Notes under the pieces: model-generated
Database searches by the model: none
What the model was told of the DNA's origin: nothing
The model's input: the letters and a program-made list of their open reading frames with translations, nothing else
Source: Paraspadella gotoi
Taxonomy: Eukaryota; Animalia; Chaetognatha
Assembly: GCA_051294375.1 (NCBI GenBank)
Contig: CM119270.1
Location: 19,877,874 to 19,941,873 of the forward strand
Direction of reading: 5' to 3'
DNA length: 64,000 bases
Program-made: the position numbers and the translations under genes
Shown here: positions 1 to 23,172 of the stretch, in pieces
How positions within the stretch are numbered: position 1 is the stretch's first letter
Layout: each line of letters opens with the position of its first letter

Positions 1-12597
<12,597 letters not shown>

Positions 12598-13100
12598 TCG
12601 CCGGCGTCAAATGGAACGAGCCGGCGTCAGATGGTCATCCCGGCGCCGGTTTGTTGTTCTCGCTCTTTGTTTTGATGTCGCTGATGTTTTCTTTTGTGGA
12701 AATAAAACCGATGAGTAAACGCGGGAAAAGGAAGTCGAATCGTCGAACCGTTGTTTCCCGTTCTAAACTAAAACTGTTTCCTGTTTTGTTTGTTGTTTCC
12801 TGCGAATGGGTTTAGGCTTTTAACTTTTGAGTTTTTTAAAAAATATTTTCCTAAAAACAATTATGAAAAGGAGAATTAATCAGTTATGATTTTTAAGTTG
12901 ATTCTTATCTTTTTTTTCAGAGATAAAAACGATTCAAATTTCAATGTCGATTGATTTCGGTCGTTGAGAGACTTTGGATTTTTTATCGAGAAAAAAAATT
13001 GATATATAAAATGAAATATATTTTAAAAAATAAATGGTTAGCATCCAACCAGAGCTAGCCAGTTAAGTTGTCCAATCATACTTTTTTCAAAATAAAAGCG

Positions 13101-13133
<33 letters not shown>

Positions 13134-13202
13134 GTCTCGCTCTTCAACCGTCAAAATCAGGTTTTTGCTTCCTCTTCTTCTTCCTTTTTCTCTTTCCAAC
13201 TC

Positions 13203-13335
<133 letters not shown>

Positions 13336-13419
13336 CTCTCTCTTCTTCAGAAAAAAAAAACGCATGCGACGAATAGCTAGGCAGGAAAGAAAAAGGTAAG
13401 TTCAGGTTTTCAGACAGGT

Positions 13420-13460
13420 TAGGATCACGTGACGTCGACGTTTTGACCAATCAGCGCGCT
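13420..13460. promoter_or_regulatory. Candidate (possibly bidirectional) promoter between bark-like and acyltransferase genes
   Basis: Compact cluster gaTCACGTGAcgtc (E-box overlapping TGACGT CRE-like) and CCAATCAG (NF-Y) in a GC-richer patch, followed by a plus-strand donor cag|gtgggt near 13557 that could end a 5'UTR exon spliced to the acceptor before 15616. Confidence 0.4.
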
Positions 13461-14081
13461 TGTTAACGAATTTCTTACCGCCTCTTCCTCTTCTTTCGTC
13501 CGCTCTTCCTCTTCTTGTCGAAATAACATCGTGAACTCTTCCTATTCGGAGCGACAGGTGGGTAGGGTGAGTCAGGAGAATGATAGAGCGGAGGTGAAGA
13601 AGGGTGAGGATATTCATGGATGGAGGGTGAGGAAAGACGAAGACGATGATAGGGAGATTCCCCCGCGTATTAGTCAGGGTATTTTATTTTTAAATCGGAA
13701 GTCATTCAATTCTTCGCTGAGCGATTTGACTTTAAAGTTAGTAGGATTTCTCGATAGCAATTTCTTGTATTTACTGTACCTTGGGATAGTAAATAATGTA
13801 ATTATTATTAATTATAATTCGCGCATATGCTCTAATTAGATACATCACGATTAGTAAGAGAGAATTATATATATGCGCATTAACAATAACTGAACCAATC
13901 TTTTTTTACTTTATTACTTAATTAAAACCTTATTAAGACCCTTCATTTATTGCCAATGTCACTAATGTCAGGAATCGACAACCGTGCCTTCTTTAAATTT
14001 AGCAGAGAAATCCAATTTTCAAAAAACATTTTTCGTACACCAAGATTATTAACAAATTAATTTTTATGTAATATCCCCATG

Positions 14082-14930
14082 TTATGGTTTACAAAAAACC
14101 ATTGAAAGATTAAACAAGTTTGAGCATACAAAGCGGATTGTATGATTAGCAATGATCCATGAGACGAAAACTCTTTTATTTTATCTCGTTAACAACAAGG
14201 AAGGATCATACAATTGATCTAAAAGTGATATAGAATGAATAACAAAATAGAAAAAACTATCAAGAAAAATTAAGTAAAAGAAACATTAAAGAAAAAGGGA
14301 GCTAAAATTACTTGTTTTCCAAGTTTTCTGTAACTTCATAGATAACGTGGAATGAAACCATTTCACTGCAAAATGCAAATTAAATTTTAGTAACGATTTT
14401 TCAAGTTATCAGCGTCTGATAGTCATTAATTATAAGAATATTATTAGCGACAAAAATAATATTAATATTGTCACAGTAAATTTTTTAATGTTGAAAATAT
14501 AACCATAATTTTTTCACCATGTCTGAATCAGTTGATTAAGTGGATTGATATGATTTTCTATCAGTCGATTTATTGTGGTATGCGTTCTGTATCGTTTTTA
14601 TGGTTTACAAGAAACCTTACAAAAGTTAAACAAGTTTGAGCATACAATGCGGATTGTATGATTAGCAAAGAATTTCGAGACGAAAATCTTTTTATTTCTT
14701 CTCGTGAACAATATGGAAGAACGATAAAATTAATTTAATAGTGATATAAAATAAACATTAAAGTGTTAAAATTTAATAGGAAAAATAAATTAAAAAACAA
14801 ACATTAACAAAAAAAAATATTAAAATTATTTGTTTTCCTGGTTGAATGTAATTTGTTAAACAAAAGGTGGACTAAATTTTGTTTACTGCAATATGCAAAT
14901 GAGATTTTTCGTAAATTTTTGAACGATCAT
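14082..14930. repeat. Diverged tandem duplication, period ~515 bp
   Basis: ttatggtttacaa...ttaaacaagtttgagcataca.gcggattgtatgattagcaa...gagacgaaaa at ~14082 and ~14598; actgcaa.atgcaaat at ~14366 and ~14885; a related fragment at ~1169-1197. Confidence 0.7.
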
Positions 14931-15615
14931 TGTTGGGGATATCAAATAAAGATAGATATTAGTGGTAGCTGCAAAAAAATTTATAATAATATTTTTACTA
15001 ATTAGCTTATAGATATAACTTTAGTAAAGTTATCCGGCTTTAATTAAAAATACTAACGACAAACATTTCAATGTTTATTAAAAACAACTACACTCAAGGT
15101 AGCGTTATGCTGTTTGTAATTAATAAATAAAAAGCTTGTCCAAAGTCAGAGTCAAGGTATATTATTTATCGAATGGCGGAATAATTTGTGTAGTATTGCT
15201 AGCACCAATTTTTTTTTCTTCAAACAACTTTATTCAGTTCTTGTTATTATAATTAACCCCAGGTGAAGGTTGCTTATAAAAGTTACACCAAATATCATTT
15301 CAATAGTAAATAAAAATTTACCTGGCAACCGTCATTAAGCTGATGAACCTAAACTTAAACAAAATCAAAATATAAGGGACACAGATATTTTTTTGGTGAA
15401 CGATTAAAATTCTTAGTTCTCTTCATTTCGATAATTTCTCGTGAAAAATTTAAAATGTCCTTTTTCTATTTTTATAACAAAATCCTGAACTAATGTGGAC
15501 TAATTTTACGGTAGTTAGCGAAGGATAATTTGTCGCGATATACATTTATTATCCTTTAAATTATTATTCTTCAGTGATTTAAAACCAAGACTGCTTGCCA
15601 ATATCGAACGAGTAG

Positions 15616-18600
15616 ATGGAGGAAGCCAACCAAGAAGAAATCGAACTGCAATCAACCGGAAACCAAGCGCATCCACGGTCACAGCAATCGTTTCCGAGAA
15701 ATTGCGAAAATGGATGTCATCGTCTCGCGCCTGCGCCGTCGCCGACATCGTCGCGCCCTCTGCTTTCATCTTCGGCGTCGGCTTCGTCTCATTCTTCGTC
15801 ATCGTCGCCTCCGACGTCTTCGTCAGTAGTTCCGCCGCAGGAGCTGGAGGAGGAACAGCAGGATCCGCATCCGGAGCAGCCAATACTTTCGCCTCAACCT
15901 TCCCCGCCGCTCCGAGCTGCGCCGTCGCCGCTGCCCGCGCCCGCTCGTCGACCCGATATCGACGCCATACGCGTCTGCCTCACGTGGGGAATCTTGTTGC
16001 ATCACGCGGTTTTGATTTACGTTCCGCGGAAATCCTTTCTCGAAGATCCCTTCACTGAATATGAGGGGCGGCAGGTGAGAAAGTGGGGGGGATAGGAAAT
16101 TATGGTGGGTAGGAAATTATGGGGGTAGGAAATTATGTGGTGGTAGGAAATTATGGGGGTAAGAAATTATAGGGGGTAGAAAATTATGGAGGGTAGGGAA
16201 TTATGGGGGGTAGGAAATTATGGGGGTAGGAAATTATGGGGGTAGAAAATTATGAGGAAGGGAATTATGGGGGTATGAAATTATGGGGGTAGGTATTGTA
16301 AGGGGTTAAGAATTGTTAGGTTTTGTAATTGTAGTGGGTAGAAATTGTAGTGGGTAGGATTTGTAGTTGGTAGGAAATGCAGTTGGTAGGAATTGTCGCT
16401 GTTAGATTTTAAAACCGTTGCTGATTATTCTAATAGTTTTGACCGCATAGAAGTAATAATTCTGGTACTAAAACTAATAAGCATAGTTGTATGGAGGAGT
16501 AGCGAGAACCTTTCAACCTTTCAAAAAAATCCGACGGAAGGCTCTCTCTCTATCACTCTCTATAATATATCTATATATTATATATATTTATATATAATAT
16601 ATTTATATATATATCATCCTGCAATCGGACAGAAGGAAACCAATACTGTAACCTTGACGACCCTCTTTGAAATATACTATCTCTTACTTTCAGTATAAAT
16701 CTTAAAAGTAGACCTTAGAAGTGGACTCCTCGAAACGACAAGGTCTTACGAATTCATCGAACATCGATACCCTACGATAAAGTTAAACTAAGGTAAGCTT
16801 CGCTTCTTTAATCCAATGGACGAATCGTCTGATTTCAGCTTCGTCGTCAACAAACAAAGTTAAGAAACCCCGCTACAAATTTAGTTTAGCGTTTTCTTCA
16901 AAATTAGCCATTCATTTTTTTTTTTTTTTTTTTTGTTACTTTTTTTTTGTTTGAAGTGAAGATGAAGATATCTTGTCTCTTATTTTTAGTCGGGATTTTC
17001 GTCGTCTGTTCTGGTGAGTTGTCTTTTAAGCTTAATTTTATATTAGCCGAATAGGTTTAAGGGGGTTTAGGATTTGGGTTTGCTTAAGGTTAATCGTAAT
17101 TAAGGTTAATATTATAATCATTAAGTATTAAGTTTTATTATTTTTTTTCGTCAAATATAAAATTTTACATTTTTTTTGGTTGTTTCTGATTTAGGGATGC
17201 CAAAGATGAAATCTTCTATAAATCCGGATATGAGGGAAAATACTGAGGTAGTTTATTATTGGAAAGGCCGACCGACTGAGAAGACTGACCGACCGAAATG
17301 ACCAATGGAGAGAGCTTTCAAAAATTGTTATAAATTATTTTTTTTTTTTAGGATGGAAATGATTTTAAAAATGATGATGTCACAGAAATGGAAATGAATG
17401 AGGTAAAATGAAATTGAAAATTAATAAATGTATGAATGAATGAATATTATTATGTAAACCAAAGTCAAAACCTGTCATCTGGGAATTTAAATATTCCTCT
17501 TAATTAGGAAGTCCAAGAAGAGATAGAGAACGGATTCTACAGAGAAGTAAGTTAAACATAATAATATACTTTGTATCATTTAAAACCATTTAAATATATA
17601 AAAATTGATAAAAAAAGTGTTATTTCAAATTCATTGCGTATATTATTTTTTTGGTTTTCCAGCTGGAAAAGGAAGAAAAAAACAAAAGACAAGAAGATGG
17701 TAAGATTTTTCATTTTTGATTTTAGCCTCGACCGCCCCTTAACCAATTACCCGACCTGATCTCTTTTTCAGAGTTCATTCGTCCTCCTAAATTTATAGGC
17801 AATAGGCAGTTGAACGAGGACGATCACGATCTCGATCACGATCACGATCACGATCACGATGGTAAACTCTTGTCTGATGAAAATATCGAAGCGATATAGG
17901 AGCGAACGTGAGCGATTACCTTTTGAGACATTGTCGAAATAGAACGCGTAAATAAAATGTCAAGAATCTTTGAAATTGTGAAATAGAGAAGTTGTACAAG
18001 TGTACTATAGAGATAATATAGAGACTCGATATGAAACACTTGTTTTAGTCTTAGATGTTATTTTTACCGGTCGATTAGACTAAAAAACTTGTATGGAAAT
18101 GAATCGGACTTTAGCAAGCAATTATTTCATCAAATAATTTAAATTAACAACGAAGTAAGTAGGCGTTAATAAACAATGTATAAGAAAGTATGTTATAAGG
18201 AAAAAGTGTCAATTTTGATGCAGCAACGAGTTTATTTATTTATAAACGGACTTGTTTCGGTTCGATTTACGAACCTTCTTCAGCGCAATTAGAGATACAA
18301 TACAATGACAGTCCTTATATCCCAAACGCAACGAAAAAGAAAGGAAACTATCACAAAGAAAGTATGTTATACTAATAGCCCAAAATGTGACTATCAATTA
18401 AGACAGACGTTTTCAATGAGAACGAAAAAGAGCAGGACACTTCTCAGAGATTTTTTTTTCCCTTTTTTCACTTTTTTTTATCTCGCCAGACGGGCTTAAG
18501 CCCGACTTGGGCGAGATGGAGGATTGTTTCTGTTTCTTTATGACCTTTATTATCGTCACAATTTTTTACCATTAGAAATTGTAAAAGCGTATAACCATAG

Positions 18601-21600
18601 GAAGCTAAAATTTTAGATATAGCTTCTAATCAATAAGATCGTTTATATTCACATGTTTATATTATTACAAGCATTTGTTTGTTTTATTTATAAAACAATT
18701 TTTATATATATAAACGAATTTAGCTTTACAGGGTTTGTTCAGCGGCGGTCCAGCTTCTTTCTCTCTTTTAATTATAAGTCTTTTTTTGTCGCTGCCTTTT
18801 CAGTTATTTTTTTTTTTTATTTCTCTCTTATTCATAAACGTATTTGTTTTATTTACGATGAATGATTATCATCCTATCGTATCAATATTTAATTATTATA
18901 GTATCAATATTTAGTTATCATTGCATCAATAATTAGTTATCATTATCTTATGGATGGAATAAGTTTTAGAGTAAGAATGTATTTATTCTTTAACAAATTA
19001 ATAACGATAACAGGCTTAAAAAATAATTGTGTTGTGGTTGTTTATTCACCGCATTAATAATTAATTATTATTCCATTAATAATTAATTAATGTTATAATA
19101 ATAATCAATTATTATTACATCAATCAATTATTATTATATCCATCAATTACTAATATATTAATTAATTACTATTATATCAATCAATTGTTATTAAATTAAT
19201 AAATCTTTTTTTTCCGGATTTTTTCAGTAATTTTCTTTGATAATAACGTCTGGCGAGATCACTATCTTTTAAGATTTTTTTTGGTATTTCATCTCTGTAA
19301 TTTTATTTCTTTTTGACCTTTCCTTATTCCTCATCAGCTCAATGATTAATTTTCATTTTATTTTGATTATTTTAATCCTTTTTTTCATTCCTCTTTTTCG
19401 TCATCTCTCGCCCATCCCCCCTTTCTTCCTCTCCCATCCCACCTCCCATCCCCCCCTCACTCCTCCCCTCCCATCCGTCAGCCAGCTCTCGTCTTCTATT
19501 ATTTCATGGAATCCTGGAACATGCCGATGTTCTTTTTTCTCTCCGGAATCAACGCTTTCTCCTCGATGACTAAACGGACCAGTCAGGCCTTTTGCCTGGA
19601 ACGATATCACCGCCTGTTAGTCCCTGCCCTAGTCATCATGGCCTTCACTCAGTTCCCTTTCTCGTTGACCTTTTTCGCCAGGCTGTCCAAGGCCTGCCAG
19701 GAGCACCGGGACGGACGTAACTCCAACGAGACCTGCTACATGTGGGACATTCCTGGGGTTAATCAGTCCTTCATAGATTATGTGGGAAAGAATTGGGGAA
19801 GACCGCCGGAGACGCCGAACGCGCGACAGGGATGGTTCCTCGTGTATCTCTTCTTTTTCTCGCAGGTGGGTAGGTAAGGTGGGTAAGGGTTAAGTTGGGT
19901 AAAGTGGGTAAGGTGGGTAAGGTGGGCCAGGTGGGCCAGTGCTGTAGGGCTGGATCAATTCACCGATTTAGTTTCGGTTGGTCTGCGGCTGAATTCATGT
20001 TTGATTTATGTCACTTATTTAGGAATGTAAACAATTTCAAAAGCGCAGTATAAATTCTCAAATTTACACTCGGCGAAAATATATTCCACTCCAGCTTCTA
20101 GCCTATCCCTTCTATCTCTGGCACCCCTCCTCCGCGGGAGACGTCGAAAGCTGCTGCTACTTCGATACTTCACACCGGCGCTGCTGTGCTGGGTTGCACC
20201 GCCTCTGTTGCACCGGCTGGCTGCGCCGCTTCTCTCGCCCCTTCGGACGCGCGACGCCGACCCCTCTGACCTTCGCCGGCGTCGCATTCTGGTTTCTCGG
20301 AAGCGGCGTCAAATTGGCGTTGGTTCCCGGCAGCTTTCTCGCCGTCGTTGAGGTGATTTAAAAAAACAGTACAGATGAGTGAGATTTTGTGACTTTTAGT
20401 GATAACTCGTGGTTTTTTTAATCTAACAAAAAAATTATATTACATTCGATTCTGGTAATTAGAATATTACATGAAGAAGTAATCAATTTTAACCTAAACG
20501 GTACTTTCATAAAAAAAAGAGGGGAAAAAAAAGAAAATTTTTCTATGAATTTTTAGTTAATATTTTTTCCGTTATCCACCCTCCCCGAGATTAATTTTTC
20601 TCTCGAGGTTAATTTAAATCGTCTTACATATTTCAAATTTTCAATTTGCTTATTACGTAAAATTAGCGCCTTTTCGTCTAATTATGTGGATTTCTCTTTC
20701 TCTTCCCCTATCTCCATATCCTTCTCCTATCTCTCCTTACCCCTCCCCTACTCCCCCGGCCCAACCCATCCTTCAAGATCTCCCTCCGCAAATTCTTTCC
20801 CAACGGACTCTTCAACTTTTTCTCCTTCGCCGTCGACATCGCCAACGACTTCAACTTCTGCTTCGTCTACTTGGTCGGATTCGCGATCGCTTTGCTCGAC
20901 GATCGAATTGCGCCGATCCTCCGCCGCTGCGCCTGGCCCTACTTGGCCGTAGGCACCGTCGTCTGTCTCACCTACGGCTGTTTCGCGCCCTTCAGGCACG
21001 TCTTGGTGCCGGGCATCGTCGGGGAGACGCTCGTTAGAGGGCTGCTGAGGGGATTCGGAGAATGGAGCATCGTGTTGGGCCTCGTGGGAATGACGAGGAA
21101 GTGAGGAAGGGGTTGTGGTAGGGGGGGGGTTAAGGACGGGAATAGGTGTGATTAGGTGTGATATATGAAATATATATGGTTACTCTCATTAGTTATTTCA
21201 TTGTGTTATATATTGAAGATATTGACATTAATCTTTATGAACATGAGTCATCCAAAGGTCAGAAATACTCCCAATTTAAAAATAATAATGATTGACGATT
21301 TATGGCCGTTTTTCACGAAGATTTTCAACATTCCCGCTTGACAGATACATCACCACCTACCCGCCATTCCTTGACACCCTCACCAAAGCCTCGATGCCCT
21401 TCTACCTCATCCACCTCCAAGTACTCGTCCTCATCGGCGTCTTCACCCTTCAAGTCCCCGTCCTCCGCTACTTCCCCTTCCTCCTCCTCTTCTCCACCCT
21501 CGTATCCGGCCTTCTCGCCCTCTTCCTCTCGCGGTCCGGATCGCTCGGCTACTTCTTCGGGGTGCGCCCGCCACGGAACGCTTGGCTGCCGGGCAAGGGA

Positions 21601-21723
21601 TGGCTCGAGTTTGGGCCTGGCTTCTTTCTGGCCGGCGTTTTAATCGTGGAAACGTCCGTGGCGACCGCTTTTAATTGGAACTATTCGAAAGAGAATTACA
21701 ACGAACCACCGAAATTGCTGTAG
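15616..21723 (+). CDS. Acyltransferase-3 family multipass membrane protein, OpgC/MdoC-like, ~600 aa
   Basis: Exons 15616-16074, 19482-19865, 20095-20352, 20778-21100, 21345-21723 splice in frame (1803 nt). Motifs: RRPDIDAIRVCLTWGILLHH (TM1 R/D/R/H), WNMPMFFFLSG, FCLERYHRLLVP (RxxR), GWFLVYLFFFSQ, FCFVYLVGFAIA, LTKASMPFYLIHLQVLV; preceded by ~120 aa Ser/Pro-rich low-complexity N-terminus. Confidence 0.88.
16090..16395 (+). repeat. G-rich minisatellite, ~16-18 bp unit (GGGGGTAGGAAATTAT)
   Basis: Many degenerate copies of gggtaggaaattatgg immediately after the first coding donor of the acyltransferase gene. Confidence 0.85.
16694..16792 (+). promoter_or_regulatory. TATA box and probable non-coding first exon of the nested peptide gene
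   Basis: TATAAA at 16694-16699; strong donor aag|gtaag at 16792/16793; poly-T tract and acceptor ttgaag| at 16956, 5 nt before the ATG at 16962. Confidence 0.55.
16962..17899 (+). CDS. Nested small secreted prepropeptide gene (119 aa, six short coding exons)
   Basis: Exons 16962-17013, 17195-17247, 17352-17402, 17508-17546, 17663-17699, 17772-17899, all GT-AG with matching phases (1,0,0,0,1), 360 nt. Product MKISCLLFLVGIFVVCSG-MPKMKSSINPDMRENTEDGNDFKNDDVTEMEMNEEVQEEIENGFYRELEKEEKNKR-QEDEFIRPPKFIGNR-QLNEDDHDLDHDHDHDHDGKLLSDENIEAI*; signal-peptide-like N-terminus, acidic spacer, KR site; AATAAA at 17951. Confidence 0.8.
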
Positions 21724-23172
21724 TAATTCAATAGTTATAAACGTAAGTTTTAAGGATGGAATATTAAATGAAGTTAAAAGGGATTTTTAAAATATTGAAC
21801 TGAAATGAAATGTTTTGTAACTTTGTGAAATCCGTTTACCACCCACAATTCTAATACGAAAGTACTCAACCGTTTTTGATTTTTGTAGCGAGTCAAAAAC
21901 CCGACCATAATTGATTTGCAAATGAGATTAAGAAAACATTGACCAAGAAAATTGTTCAGTTTATTTTTGTCGGGTTTTATCTTTGACAATTGTGTTGCTG
22001 TTGATAGAAGGCAGTTTTTAGCCGTTTTTCAGCATTTTAAAATCTTGAATATTTTCAACATTTCGAAAATGTTCTCACTGTGAGTCACAGTCTGACTATC
22101 CATTTTCACTTTAATTTTATCTTGAATTTTGAGTTAAAATATTAAAATTAGCGAAAGCTGTAACTTTCAAGTTTCAACAATATTTTTTTAGTTCAACATT
22201 ATAGTCTTACTTTTTAATTATGATTTAAAATTAAATCAATATTAAATATTGTCCCTAGCAACGAGGTCTTTTGTTCCCTGACGATGACGCGGATGAGTCG
22301 AGGCGACATCGAAAACAAAGTAGTTCCATTGACTCATCATTTCGAAATAACTCGCGTTTTTAAGTAATGTATATGTATTTGAAATAGCTATGACAATATT
22401 TGTTCGAAAAATTAGTTATTAATTCGATTTTTAATTTATTTTGAATCCGATTTTCTTTACCATTGGCCATCCTGGACGATATTTTCACAAAGAAAAGAAG
22501 AGAAATAAAATTAAGAGGTCGATGATCAAGAAAGAAAAAAGAAAGAAAAAAAGAAAAAAACCTGCTGACTCGCTGCAGCTCGCTATTCTCGACAATAATT
22601 AAAAAAAAGCAGAAATACTGGTTTCATAATCCATTTCTCGTTTTTCGTATCCTATTTCGGGCGATATATAATGTCCTACATTCAAAATTAAATCCACTGA
22701 CTCGGTTTTTCCTTTGTTTTTAATGGAAGTTCCTCTAGTATAGTTCGGTATTATATCCAAGAATGTTCTGTTGTAAGTAATTAGACTTTATGTAAACGTG
22801 GCATTTGAATAACATATTATTTGTAATTTGAATACAATCAGATATCACGATTCGCGAGTCTTTGGATCTAACAGCTACTTCAATCCGAGTGTCTCTGTTG
22901 TTGACGAGGCGACTTAATTTATTCGCTTGAATGCTTCTACTTTAAAGTCATTGTGTAGTCAATTTGGATTTAATTTTGTTTTCGTTACTTTTTTATCAGA
23001 AGTGACTCGTGAAAAGGTGATAAACAAACGATATCTTAACACTAACCCACCTTTAAAAAAAAGACTTTTTCAAGACTCGGTTTCGAAGCGTCTTCCCGTT
23101 CCAGGGCCAAGGCCTCGTCCGCCCAAACGAAGCCCAAACTTTTATTTAAAAAAAAAAGAAAAAAAAAGAAAA

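Noticed and set aside
16962-17899. Nested exons as alternative exons of the acyltransferase
   Set aside because: They have their own ATG/signal peptide, stop codon, TATA and poly(A) signal; inclusion would truncate the host protein.
15616-21723. Bacterial contamination as explanation for the OpgC-like gene
   Set aside because: It has four canonical spliceosomal introns, host-like exon composition and gap-free contiguity with bark-like and LAPTM4 genes.
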